64,000 nucleotides of DNA, from NCBI RefSeq assembly GCF_006345805.1, contig NC_042997.1:180792001-180856000 (forward strand), read 5' to 3'. Each line of letters starts with the position of its first letter. The first letter of the stretch is position 1. The notes below the pieces were generated by a model that was not told the DNA's origin, ran no database searches, and worked only from the letters and a program-made list of their open reading frames with translations. Of the stretch, positions 1 to 14,136 are shown one piece after another. The stretch comes from Octopus sinensis (Eukaryota). The position numbers and the translations under genes were made by a program.

Positions 1-61
1 GAAAAAGGAAAACATTTAGTTTTGAAATCTCTGAGCGAGAAGTAATCAGTGTCAGTACTAC

Positions 62-907
62 AGAATAAAATCTATTTGCCAACGTAAAGTCGAAGTCTTG
101 ATTAGGACGATGTTACTCCCTTTTTAAATCCCAGGATAACATATTTTCCACCTGGCTACTGACGCACAACAGCGTCCTTATACCTCGAACAAGGGAGCTA
201 ATTTCCCCACTCAGACTTGAACAGTACTGTGAACCATGATTTCTGGGTTATTTTCTATTCACCGACACATTATAACCGTTGGATAGAGATGGCAGCGCTA
301 AGGTTTGTTTGAGGTATATACTTTTAAGGTGACTGATCTCGTAAAGAGGAAATCATTTTATCTTAAATGTCTAAGCGAGTAACAAACAGTACTACACAGT
401 AAAATCTATTTGCAAACATAAAGTGGTAGTCCTGATTAGGACGATGTTACTATTTTTTTTTTTAACCTTAGGAAAACATCCCTTGTTTTCCTTAGGCTAA
501 AATGGGTAGTAACATGGTCCTAATCAGGACTGCCACTTTACGTTAGCAAATAGATTTTACTCTGTAGTACTGTTACTACTGACTTCTCACTTAGAGATTT
601 AAAACTAAATGTTTTCCTCTTTACGAGATCAGTGACTGTGTGTCACATTAAAAGTATACACCTCGAACAAGACCTAGTGCTGCCATCTATAGCCAACAGT
701 TATCCTGTGCGGTTTATGAGAAATAACTCAGAAACCATAGTCCGCAGGTACCGTTTAAGTCTGAGTGGGCACATTAGCTCCCTTGTTCGAGATATAAAGA
801 CGCAGTTGAGCGTAGGTAGCCAGCTGGAAAAGTGGTTTTCCTGGGGCTAAGAAAGGTAGTAACATCATCATATTCAGGACTGCCACTTTACGTTGCAGAT
901 TTTACTC
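62..907. repeat. Diverged foldback (large inverted repeat, ~420-bp arms, axis ~481) built from a ~345-bp tandem unit
   Basis: 62-478 is the imperfect reverse complement of 484-907 (e.g. gatctcgtaaagaggaaa / tttcctctttacgagatc; ccttaggaaaac / gttttccttagg). 1-135 also repeats directly at ~345-478. Confidence 0.85.
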
Positions 908-929
908 TCTCTCTCCCTCCCACCCTTAT

Positions 930-1190
930 ATATATATATATATATCTATATATATATTATATATATATATATATATATATGTATTATATATATATATATA
1001 TAATATAATAATATATATGTATGTGTGATTGTATATATGTATATGTATATATATATATGTATATATATATGTATATATATATATGTATATATATATATGT
1101 ATATATATATGATATATATATATGTATATATATATATGTATATATAATATATATATATGTATATGTATATGTATATATATATATGTATAT
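930..1190. repeat. (TA)n/(TATG) microsatellite
   Basis: Direct inspection. Confidence 0.95.
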
Positions 1191-1806
1191 AGGCTTTTTA
1201 ATTAATAAATAAACACTTCGATAAACTGAGATGTGTTTTCTCTTCGAACGCATCACCGGCGCAACAACAACAACAACAACCTCAACAACAACAACAACCT
1301 CAACAACAACAAACTCAGCGGCAACAACAACAACAACAGCTACAAGCAACAACAACAACTTCAGCAGCAACAACCTCAGAGGCAACAACAACAACCTCAA
1401 CACAACAACAGGATGAACCACTCCTTGATTCATCTACAATGGCCGATTTGCCTAATGAAACGATTGACCCCCCAGTCATCAGGGTCACACAGCAGGAAGC
1501 ACCACCCCTTCCTTTCACTGCCCAGCAGCTGAATCATCATCATTGTCAACACCATCTCCTCTGCTTACTACTACTAGTACTACTCCCACTATATATCGAC
1601 AAACATCTTTGTCTTGGAATCGACCTCCTCAATCATTACCCTGTCAACATCTCTTCTACCTACTACTACTACTACTACTACAGCTACTACTACTAATGCT
1701 ATCTCAAGGAATTTTACCTCCTACAGGTCACAAAGTCGCCAAAACTTCACAAACTATCATCTACACCTTTCACAGCTCACACACACCACGCACCTACACA
1801 CCCACT

Positions 1807-2055
1807 CGAAACCCCATCATTTGCCGATATTCTTTCGCCATAGACTGTGCACTGATAGAGACTGCAAATTCACCCATTTACCTGGAACAAAACGCTCTAT
1901 CCCCACAAACTACAACAGCAACCACCATAATACAACATCACCACAACCACCAATATCTCAAAACAAGGAATCCCCAAATCTGCCGCTATTCCCAGCGAGA
2001 CAGATTGTGCTTGCACAGGGATTGCCCCTTTACCCATCTCCCGGGGACTCGTCGG
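1807..2055 (+). pseudogene. LINE ORF1 remnant with two tandem CCCH-type zinc-finger repeats
   Basis: 1966-2055 translates RNPQICRYSQRDRLCLHRDCPFTHLPGTRR (C-x8-C-x4-C-x3-H). 1807-1893 is a paralogous copy split by a frameshift (RNPIICRYS / HRLCTDRDCKFTHLPGTKR). Confidence 0.7.
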
Positions 2056-2344
2056 ACATTTAAAGATAACCACTCACATAAAATAGCCGCGGCCACAGTC
2101 ACCTGCGGTTCCCTAGACAGGAAACCACCTCTTCTTCCTCTTTTTAGCTATAATGAATCTAGCAAAAGAACTGGAAAAAACATCCGAGCTATCACCACCG
2201 CCATCCACCACTATTACCCACTACAAACATGCCATTAAAAAGCAATCAAATAAACAAATCACCAAAACAATTAAAACCATCCACTCTCGCCTCAACATTT
2301 CTGCTAATGCCCAAGCATCAGCCCTTCCCCACCACTACACAAAT

Positions 2345-4920
2345 GGAAGATAAGATTCCTGGAGGACTGGGTCGAGGCCCATCCAAACCACATCCCTTTC
2401 TTCGTCCTCACTGAAACCCATCTTAGTGACCTCCACTTGGAAGCCGAGGTGAAAGTTAAAATTTCAAATCTCAAATCCATTCGTGCTGATCGTGTTGGCA
2501 GAAGAAAGGGTGGGACTGCCATTTATGTCCATGATTCATTCTCAACAGAAGCCATGAACATATTTTCGAATGGATACTGCGAAGCAGTCGCTGTATTCAG
2601 TCAAACCAACAACTTAACAGTAGTTGGGCTCTACAGACCACCCCAAAACGCCCCTACCATGCTTCAAGGAATGCCTCAACAGCATAAAGTGTTCATTCAG
2701 CAGTGTCAACCTGACAACATTTTAATGATGGGAGATTTCAACCTTCCCGGGGTTGACTGGTCTACAAACAGTCTGCCGCCAGGTTCTTCTCTCTCAACCC
2801 CTGACAGGGAGGCAGTGGAATCGCTTTTGACTTCATGGATGACTTCTTCTTGTCCCAACTGGTACTCGAACCAACGAGATGTCACAAAAACGTCTTAGAC
2901 TTAATTTTCAGCAATCACACTGATACTATCCCACAATATTGCAGTGGAGAAAACCCTACTCTCCGACATGACATGGTTCTCTGTGATCTGAGATTTCACT
3001 GGCCAAAATGCAAAACAAATGTCATCCCTCCTGCTCATCCATTTGACACTATGGATTTCCACAATGCAAACTGGGAAGCGATCAATAATGATCTTGCACA
3101 AGTCGATTGGTCCTTCACGCACACATACACACCCACTAACATCAAAAAGTCCTGGCAGTCACTTGTAGACACCATCACGAACATATGTGCAAGACACACC
3201 CCATTAAGATCTGCAACAAATCTAAGTGTCGAATCCCTAGAAATAGAAAATCTCTCATAAGGAAAATTAAAAGAATCAACAAAAAGATCAACATGCTGAA
3301 ATACTGTCACAGCAACACACCAACTGACTGCCATCTCGTCGCTAGAGATTAAAAAACATAAACTCCAAAACAACATGATGTCTATCATCAATAGTCAGCG
3401 AAGAGCTGAAGAGGCCTGGGCCATTGAGAAGATCAAACTCAATCCCAAGTGTTCTTTTCATTTGCAAAAAAACAGAGTCACTGGTTCTACTGTTGGCCCT
3501 CTGATTGATGAAAATGGTACTCTTCAAGACAATGCCAAAACCATGGGAGAAATATTGCAGAAACAATATTGCTCTGTTTCAGCAATCCTGATATGACTGA
3601 TCTGGGCTGTATCAGTGATGTTACTCCCCAATACACTTTATCGGACATAACATTTGGCGCTCCTGATGTCTTAGCAGCAATAAAGGAAATGAAGCATAAT
3701 TCAGCAGTAGGTCCCGATAGGTTCCCTGCTTGTGTCTTGAAGATGTGTCAAAACCAACTTGCACCCCCTCTAGCCAATCTGTGGCGGAACTCATTGGATG
3801 CTGGATATATACCAGAAGACCTTCTATCCCAGTCTGTTGTCCCAGTTTTCAAAAAAGGAAACAAATCGCTTGCCGTGAATTACCGTCCAATCTCACTCAC
3901 CTCTCATATCATCAAGGTATTTGAGAGGGTGCTGAGATCGCGTATGACTCACTTCCTTGAGAGTCATAATATGCTGAACCCCAATCAGCATGGATTCCGT
4001 AATGGGAGAGATTGCCTGACGCAGCTACTGCATCATTTTGATGACATTTTGAGAGCCTTGGGAGAGGGTTCCAACACTGATGTCATCTACCTTGATTTCA
4101 GCAAGGCCTTTGACAGGGTTGATCATAAGATCCTTCTGAGAAAGCTGTCCAATATTGGTGTCACTGGAAAGCTGCTGCAATGGATCAAGTGCTTCCTCTC
4201 TAACAGAACCCAACATGTTGTAGTCGAAGGAGTCAAATCCAGCCCAGCCAAAGTCAGCAGTGGTGTCCCACAAGGCACTGTGTTGGGCCCACTTCTCTCT
4301 TCATCATCTACATAAATGATATTACTGACACCATCAAACACAGCACATCAGAACCTTCGCTGATGATTCCAAGCTCCAGAAGGTCATCAATGGCGTGGAT
4401 GACCGAATAAACCTTCAGTCAGACCTACTGGCTGTTGTCCAATGGGCGGAAAAGAATAACATGTTGCTAAATGAAGACAATTCGAACTGATCCACTTTGG
4501 AAGGGAGGACGCTCTGAAACTCCCATACTCTCTTCCTTCTGGAGAAATTCTCATGGCATCCAACAACATCAGAGACCTGGGAGTAACAGTGGACAACAAC
4601 ATAAGCTGGGCTACACATATAAGCAGCAAGTTGACATGGCCCGCAGAATGTGTTCCTGGATTCTCAGAACCTTCCAGTCGAGAGATTCCCACGCTATTAT
4701 CCTTCTCTTCTCCACTTTTGCCCGACCCCACCTTGAATACTGCTGTCCACTGTGGTCTCCCTACACAAAACAAAATATTATGAGAATTGAAGCTCCCCAA
4801 AGGTCAATCACAAAAAAGATAGATGGCATGTCAGACCTTGACTACTGGGGTAGACTAGAGAAGCTGAAATTGTATTCACTCCAACGACGCCGTGAACGCT
4901 ACATTATCTGTATGATGTGA
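2345..4920 (+). pseudogene. LINE ORF2 (APE endonuclease + reverse transcriptase), multiply frameshifted
   Basis: ORF-track fragments 2437-2898, 2835-3260, 3375-3596, 3569-4315 and 4471-4920 carry consecutive EN/RT motifs in changing frames. Confidence 0.92.
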
Positions 4921-5323
4921 AAATATTCCATCAGCACTGTCCGAATGATGTTGGCATCACCTTTAAAATGCATCCAAGGCTTGGACCACGTGCCATCCGT
5001 CCACAACAAAATCTAAATCGCATCACTAACGACAATACGGCACAACTATTTCACCTCAATTGGACCCGCTCTCTTCAACATTACACCAGGACACGTCAAA
5101 AAAAAACTGACCACACAAAATTCAAGAAGTCTTTGGACAAATTCCTTCAAACAGTACCGGACAAACCACCCACACCCGGATATGTCTCTGCAAACAATAA
5201 CTCTCTGCTCGAATGGGCCTTGGTGCCCAATCGTGAACTGAAAGACTTCGCCAGGTGGTGCTATTAAGTTAGACATGGCCTGGGCCAATACTGGCCAAAA
5301 ACCTTTCTAAGTTATTCTAAGTT

Positions 5324-5538
5324 ATATATGTATATATATATATATGTATATATGTATATATGTATATATATATATATATGTATATATATATTATATGTAT
5401 ATATATTATATATATATTAATATGTATATATATATATCTATATTGTATATATAATGTATATCTATATATATATATATGTATATATATATATGTATATATT
5501 ATAATTATATGTATATATATATATATATGTATATATAG

Positions 5539-5588
<50 letters not shown>

Positions 5589-5601
5589 CTATATATATAT
5601 G

Positions 5602-5634
<33 letters not shown>

Positions 5635-6253
5635 TTATATCTATATATATATTTATATCTATATATATATGTATATCTATATATATATGTATATCTATAT
5701 ATATGTATATCTATATATATATATATAATCTATATATCTATGTATATCTATATATATAGATGTAATTATATATATATGTATATCTCATAACTATGTAATA
5801 TCTATATATATATGTATATCTATATATATATATGTATATATAATATGTATATATATATGTATATATATATATGTATATATATATATGTATAAATCTATAT
5901 ATAATATGTATATATATATATAGATATATGTATATATTATATCTATCGTATATATATATATGTATATCTATATATATATATATATGTAATCTATATATAT
6001 TAATGTATATCTATATATATGATATGATATATCTATATATATGTCTATGTATATATATATTATGTATATGTGAGATATTATATATATGTATAGTATATCT
6101 ATATTATATGTATATGTATATATAATATCTGTATATGTATATATATATATATGTATATGTATATATATATTATATATGTATATTATATATATATATATGT
6201 ATATATGGTATATATATATATATATGTATATGTATATATGTATATATATATAT
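5324..6253. repeat. Long degenerate (TA)n tract between two convergent LINE 3' ends
   Basis: Direct inspection. Confidence 0.95.
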
Positions 6254-9167
6254 AAATCCTTAAATCCTTAAAAATGTTTTAGCCCGAAGGCCGCGGCCAT
6301 GCTGGGGCACCACCGCTGAATGAGCCACACTAGTTTGTGAATCCACCTCTGATACGTGGCACTTGATCAACAAGGGAGTTCGATGCTGCTGCCCGCATCC
6401 GCGTCTCCTGTCGTGAGGTAGGTTCATCTGGGACTTCCAACAAGAAGAGATCCAGTTTAGTTTTAAAGAAACCCACATCCACACCATGTAAGTCTCTCAG
6501 GCATTTAGGGAGGATGTTGAAAAGCTGTGGTCCTCTGAAACCCAAGCTGTTGCAGTATCTGGACCTGTATTTATGGTGATGTTGGAATCCTTGGCACCAC
6601 GCAGCGGCGCCCCGTTCTGCGGTTGGAGTAACTTTGAATGCCAAAGTTTGGGATAAGACCCTCCAGGATTTTCCAGATGTATATTACTGCATATCTCTCC
6701 CGCCTCCGCTCCAGGGAGAAGAGGTTTAATACCTTCATCTTTCCCAGTAGCTGACATTTTGCATTGAGACGATTTTCTTTGTGTCTTCTCTGAGTTCTTC
6801 GAGTTCTGCTGTTTGTTTTATATTGTGTGGTGACCAAAGTTGGGAGCAGTAGTCCAAGCGCTGAGGACAAATGTTTTCCATAGGACCATCAGTGTCTCCT
6901 TCTCTCTTGTTCTGAAAGTTCGGAGAATCCATCCAGCTAGCCGTCTGCATTTTATCACCAGATAGCAATATGCATTTGGAAAGATGCATCATTGCTCATG
7001 TCAATGCCCAGGTCACGCACTGATTTTGACTCAGGGATTGCAATTCTTCCTGGGCCAGTGTATCCAGTCTTCACGTCATTTACCTTTGTGTGCCAGTAGC
7101 GCAGGGCCTGGAACTTACCTGCATTAAACTGCATGTTGTTGTCCTCAGCCCACCTGTATATTGTGTCCAGCTCATGTTGCAGATGCGCAATATTTTCAGG
7201 GTTTCTGTATTGCGTGGGAGACCTTTGTGTCATCTGCATAGCTAGCAAGGGTGGTCATCGTAGCAACTGAAGGCATGTCTGAAAGGGCCACTATGAACAT
7301 CAGTGGCCCCAAGACAGTGCCCTGTGGGACACCGCTTGTTATTTGCGTTTCCCTGGAGGTGGCTCCATTGCTCACAACTGCCTGTTTTCTGTCTTTTAGG
7401 AAGTTGTGCAGCCACTCTCCAAGTTTCCCGCCTATGCCGAACCACGCAGTTTATGACAGATCATACCATGGTCGACTTTATCAAAGCTTTTGCAAAGTCA
7501 AGATATATTACATCCACATTGAGCCATTTAGTAGCTGGTTCAACACCCAGTCTAGTGCTGCAGGAGCTGTGTTAGGCAGCCTCTACCTGGTCGAAATCCA
7601 TGCTGGGTGTCAGACAGTAAGTCATTTCTTCAAGGAACATGATTAGTTCTTACGGACGATTCGTTCCATGACTTTGCTGATGTGTGAGGTCAGAGATAGC
7701 CTATAATTTTTAGCATCTGCTCTGCTACCCCCTTATGGATAGGGGCATATCCCCCTCTTTCAGTTTGACTGGGAGCTTACCACTTGCAAGAAAGCTCTGA
7801 AAAAGAAGCTGTAGCGGTTTTGCAAGGGCTCGTTTGCACGATTTGAGAAGGATCGCTGGGAATCCATCAGGTCCAGCAGCTGAGTTTGTGTCAATCTCAT
7901 CAATGGCTAGTGTGATATCATCTTCTTCGATGTTGATGTACTCAATTTTTTGTCTCTTTGGCCGCTGGTAAAGTGGCAAAGAATTCTTCTGGGTTGTTAC
8001 TTGCCTGTGTCCTAGAGGTGTAGTGAACACACACTTTGGAACTGTTCGTTCAGTATTTCACTTATCCTCGTGGGATTTCCTGTGAGAGAGCCATCTTTTT
8101 GGAAGAGAGGTCCTATTCTCTGGTGCACTGTGGCTGTCTCTTTGGCAAACTTAAAGAAGCTTTAGGGTTTGATTTTATATTTTCTATTACCCAAGCTTCT
8201 TTATCTGCTCTCTCTCCTTTTCATGAGACTGATGTAGACTTTTCTCAGTTTCCATTAGCATTCTTTCGAGCCGAGACTTCTCACCACTTTTGGTGTGCTT
8301 GCTCAGGCGGTTTGCAATCCTTGTCCGTCGTCTCATAAGAATCCTCCTTTCTCTAGGGATCCTGTTTTTTATTCTGTGTGGCTGGCCCTGCACATTGGGA
8401 ATATTTGTCACATATGGCTTGTATTATGGACATGAAGTGTTTGTGTTTCATGTTTATGTCCGGTGTGGAGAGACATTCAGGCCAATCCTGTTGAGGATCT
8501 CTTTCTCAATCGACTTCCAGTTGGCTTTATGAAAGTTTAAGTTGGAGAGATGGTGGGTGCTTCGTATAGGCTGTGTGTCTGCGGGGGCTTTTGTTCCATA
8601 CATAGACAGCTCTATTATGTTGTGATCCGAGATCATTGTCGGCATCACATTAACATTATGGATAATATCCATATTGTTTGTAAAGCAGAGATCCAGTATA
8701 TTATCTGCCCTTGTTGGTTCAGAACTATTTGCTCCATGAAAGAGGTATTTGTGAGATGGAGCAGGGACTCCACCTTGCTGCTGATGGTGTGTCATCCTGG
8801 GAGCATCTGCCCCCCAGGCCATTCCACATTGGGGAGGTTAAAGTCACCCATGAAGAATACACTGTTGTGCTGTTCAAGGTTGGTGAGGACTTCTCCTTTT
8901 TTGTTAGGCAGTCTTCAAACATGCCTGAGTGTTTTGGGGCGTCTGGTGGGCGATATGTAGTGCATATGACGATATTCAGTTGTCTTATGTGTACAATTTG
9001 AGTTTCACATACTGAGTTTGAATATGACAGCAGGACCTGGGCGTGAGGTCATCTCGGATGTACATTGCAACTCCACCATGGCTCCTCCCTTTTCTATCTG
9101 TGCGTATGACTGCATATTGCGGCATGTGTATTTCTGCATCACACCTATATCGGGTTCAAGATGCTTT
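6254..9167 (-). mobile_element. Decayed 5'-truncated CR1/L2-group LINE, second family (EN + RT pseudogene)
   Basis: Minus-strand motifs: [103 protein letters not shown]...ASNSL; tail (taaggatt)2 at ~6254-6272. Confidence 0.93.
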
Positions 9168-9245
9168 CTGTATGTATATATGTATATATATTATATATAT
9201 ATATTATATATGTATATATGTATATATTATATATATATGTATATA

Positions 9246-9278
<33 letters not shown>

Positions 9279-9300
9279 ATATAATATATATGTATATATG

Positions 9301-9373
<73 letters not shown>

Positions 9374-9389
9374 GTATATATATATTATG

Positions 9390-9422
<33 letters not shown>

Positions 9423-9515
9423 GTATATATGTATATATATATTATATATGTATATATGTATATATATGTATATATATATATATGTATATATATAATATAT
9501 ATATATGTATATATG

Positions 9516-9586
<71 letters not shown>

Positions 9587-9599
9587 GTATATATGTATA

Positions 9600-9662
<63 letters not shown>

Positions 9663-9665
9663 GTG

Positions 9666-9748
<83 letters not shown>

Positions 9749-9779
9749 GTATATATATAAAATGGTATATATATATATG

Positions 9780-9829
<50 letters not shown>

Positions 9830-9939
9830 GTATATATGTATATATATGTGTATGTGTATATATATGTATATGTGTATATATATGTAATATGTGTATATAT
9901 ATGTATATGTGTATATATATGTATATATGTATATATATG

Positions 9940-9970
<31 letters not shown>

Positions 9971-10110
9971 TGTATCTCTATATATATGTATATATATATA
10001 TATAATGTATATATGTATATATGTATATATGTATATCTCTATATATATGTATATATCATATATATATGTATATCTATATATATATGTTATCTATATATAT
10101 ATGTAATATC

Positions 10111-10140
<30 letters not shown>
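9168..10140. repeat. Long degenerate (TA)n/(TATATG) tract
   Basis: Direct inspection. Confidence 0.95.
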
Positions 10141-10141
<1 letters not shown>

Positions 10142-11606
10142 ATATAAGTATGTAAAAAATAGTTCGAGAAAGAGAAAAGTACATTTAAAAATATATTTAC
10201 ACCTCACTAATTCGGGAAAATTAAATAATACATTTACTATAAATAATATATTTCATTTTTCAAAAAAATATTTTCCACACATTGCTCAAAATATGTTACT
10301 TTATTATATTAGGAAATTATAAACGAATAAAAATCACTGCTGTCCAAAATTATAATTCTTTCTTCTTTCTAGTATGTAATAAATACCCTCGTGGGAGGTT
10401 TTAGTTATTTTTATTACTTTTGATGTAACCAATAATTATGCATTATAATTGCTAACAACCCATCTTAATTTTAACTTCAGAAATATTGTAATGAAGAATA
10501 TGTTGGAACACATGTATATTAATAATTTGCTGAACTAATTTATTGAATAATACCAAAAATATAATGACATAAATAAATATACCATAGGTCACCAATTTTA
10601 ATTTTTTTGAGAATCGTTATTCCGTTTCTCTCCTAAAGAAATAGTGTAGCGACAAGGACCATCAGCTATTCCTTAAAGATGAATGATGAATTTAGAGTTG
10701 ATCTTATTTCAGTAAAGGAAAGCTGTACACTCTTAAGCCCCTCTCCCATCTCTCTCTCTCTCACGCACTCACTCTTTTGACTGTTCACATCCTCAAATGC
10801 AATGGTAAGACCAGGTCAAGATATCCAGGGTAGAGACAGATACAGTGGGTGACGAAGATGTCGTACTTGCCTTATTTCTCTCTGTAAGCTTTATAATGCC
10901 TTACTGTAACCGCTTTACCTATCGAAGAACCATCAAGGATTCCTCCGCAAATCAACAAAGTCCAGTCTTCGCGTCCATAGGTGCAAGCCATATTATGCTA
11001 GTGATAACCCATAGCTGGAACCCCATGTTATGCTATTTAACATAACTGGGCTACGACTGCTCCGGCTCAAAGTAGATCTGGGAACAATACTAGCCAAGGG
11101 AGCGTTCTACACTCCTCAAAATCCTGGATCTCCGGAACCAGTCCCCACCTAACATATGTAGTTTAAAGTTACACTCACTATATCAGGTATGTATATATAC
11201 ATATTTGTGTGCGTATGTGTGTGTGTGAGCGTGCGTATGTGTGTGTGTGAGCGTGCGTGCGCGTGTATGTATATACTGATAAAAGCATACATACGTACAC
11301 GCATATTGTTTTACTATAAAAATCTGTAAAAGTTATCAAGAGTTTAGCATTTAAATATATATATGAGCATGACTAGATATGCAACTATATGCATGAGAAT
11401 GCATATATAAAGCAAAGCATACAAATCTGCACATATACATTCATGCATACATACATACATACATATATACATACATACATACATATATACATACATACAT
11501 ACATACATACATACATACAATAATATCCTGTTGTTGATGTTGAAATTCCCATGAAGAAGCCTTAGATCTCTATTGGCAAGAAATCGTGATATAAAGCGGA
11601 ACAATA

Positions 11607-11638
<32 letters not shown>

Positions 11639-11646
11639 ACACCACA

Positions 11647-11694
<48 letters not shown>

Positions 11695-12020
11695 TATAAT
11701 GTACTTAATCATATCGAAGGGAAATGGAAATTAATAGAAATTTTCACTTTCTGTGGCGTGTAAAAATTTAGTCCAAAGTCTATGTATTACTCATAAAATA
11801 CAGTGTACATTTAAACACATTAGCGAATATTATTTATTTGCTAAACTAAAATCAGAAACCAGTTGGTCCAGGAAACTAGATGGTAAAAGTTTTTATATTT
11901 TCATTTCGTTCCTGTCGGATTTTACAACTAATTTTGTGGTTATAGAACCTAGCTGTTCATTCTAGCATGTTGAATCCCACGAATGGATTCCTTATGTGTT
12001 GAAATGTACACTCTATTTCA

Positions 12021-12070
<50 letters not shown>

Positions 12071-13279
12071 GCACACATTATACATATGATATTGTTAGAA
12101 AAGACTCCTCAGTCCAAAAATAATAATTGTAATGGCTCTATGTTTGTAAGCTGTTGTTAAAAAAACACGCCAAAGTTTTGATTGGCCGCATACCTGCACA
12201 AAATCTGTATCCTGTCACCAACAGGTGCACGTGTGTAGGAGTGTGCGTGTATGTGTGTGCGTGTGTGTGCACACATTTTCTTATATATTCAGACATTGAA
12301 AGACGATACACAGCAGAAGTCTCGAGGGAAAGAATCCTGCTGAGACACCCTGTGCTGCGCATTGTCTTTTCATGCCTGTTGAATGATATATCTAAATATT
12401 TCTCGAAGCTTCAGCATTTTATAATATAAGCCCAAAAGCAAATTGAAAGACATACACATATGTACATATTAGTTTGGAAAGAATGTTCTGTTGCACATTC
12501 TGATGGGAAAGAAATAAACGCCTCTTTGGTCGTTAACAATATATTTAATCAAGATAATATTTCCACTCATTATTACTAACATAATCTCATCTATTTGGCA
12601 AATTGATAATGCCCCTTGCGCAAAATTGTGCAAGTTTCGAGGCCTAGAATCACTCAGTATCATTTTAAAACTCTTTACAGCTAAAAAAGCAAAAACTGTT
12701 TTCTTTCTAAATAATGTTGCAGTAATCTGAAAAGGCTGCCTACATTAGAAATGAGATCCACAGGATACAATGTAAATGCAGAAAGGCAGGAAGCAATAAC
12801 ACTAATATCATATACTTTTGAACAGTCCTGATGGAAAATGTCTGTCCATACACTTTCACTAAACGCCACCATACCACCTAACAAAACGATGTTATCCATG
12901 CCTTTTTTTTTTATACCGCCACATTTTAACGAAAATATGACTTCAGTCGGGCCGTACAATTCGTAAAGAGGGAATTAATATGTTAAGGCTTCTTCCGCCA
13001 CATCCAAGGCATCCAATTGGCCACCCATTTGGAACTTGAGAATAAATGAAGCTATTTTGATTAACAACTATACTCCGCGAAATAATAACAGGCTGGAACA
13101 GTACACAACTGACTGGATAGTATAACAATGGAAATCAACTCTTTATGCAGTCACACTAAGTAGCAGATAAATCAGTTATCAACGCCTTTTCTCTGTAAGT
13201 ATCCTGAAGAAGGGTGCCTAACAAGGAAATATCGAAGTACCCATAGTATTAATTCTTTTAGAAATTTTACGGGAATTTG

Positions 13280-13704
<425 letters not shown>

Positions 13705-13903
13705 TATACATACATATATATATATATATATATTATATAAAAGGGCTTAGTAAAATAAATTACTTTGCCGCATACTGAACTCATTAGAAATAGCAGCTAA
13801 AAAACTTTTTTAAGGCTATTTCTAATACTTAAAGAAAATCTCTCTCATATATAGTGTTTGCTTAATTCAACTCACAAAAGTTTGGGGGTATATATATATA
13901 TAT

Positions 13904-14025
13904 GTAGGTCCCGGGTTGAGTCGGGGTTAACCACAGTAAATAAGGTACTCAATACATAGCAGAGTAAATTCCTGATGATTTCATTTGAATGAAACAGTTC
14001 TAGTCCTGTAGAAGCTCCTTCTATA
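13904..14025 (+). mobile_element. Penelope-LTR-like short element, partial copy of the 29581-29778 element
   Basis: First ~65 nt nearly identical to 29581-29645 (gtaggtcccgggttgagtcggggttaaccacag...), followed directly by only the right hairpin arm; embedded in (TA)n. Confidence 0.8.
13969..14018 (+). ncRNA. Type I hammerhead ribozyme-like motif
   Basis: ttc-CTGATGA-t ttc attt gaa t-GAAA-cag ttctagtc ctg-TA-gaa(gctcc). Core intact, predicted GUA cleavage triplet; stem I only 3 bp and stem II closed by U.U. Confidence 0.5.
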
Positions 14026-14033
14026 ATATATAT

Positions 14034-14136
<103 letters not shown>

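Larger units (their letters stand above)
1231..5323 (+). mobile_element. Decayed, probably near full-length non-LTR retrotransposon, CR1/L2 (Jockey) group: ORF1 region + APE endonuclease + RT
   Basis: Frameshifted EN motifs (RKGGTAIYV, GLYRPP, MGDFNLP, LDLIFSN) and RT motifs (GPDRFP, YRPISLTS, QHGFR, YLDFSKAFDRVDH, GVPQGTVLGPLL, FADD-like at ~4360); C-terminal LDKFLQTVPDKP; short tandem 3' tail ctaagttattctaagtta. The 5' limit is approximate. Confidence 0.93.

Noticed and set aside
275-300. CTCF-like agatggcagc motif in both foldback arms
   Set aside because: It is only a partial match to the core and is duplicated by the repeat itself; not evidence of binding.
5360-10141. Long Y/I/M/C-rich ORFs (also at 20, 32, 35, 54 and 57-58 kb)
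   Set aside because: They are translations of (TA)n/(TG)n/(TATG)n microsatellites, which lack stop codons in these frames; no coding evidence.
12681-12959. 92-aa minus-strand ORF with protein-like composition
   Set aside because: No recognisable motif, no convincing donor site, and the length is within chance expectation.
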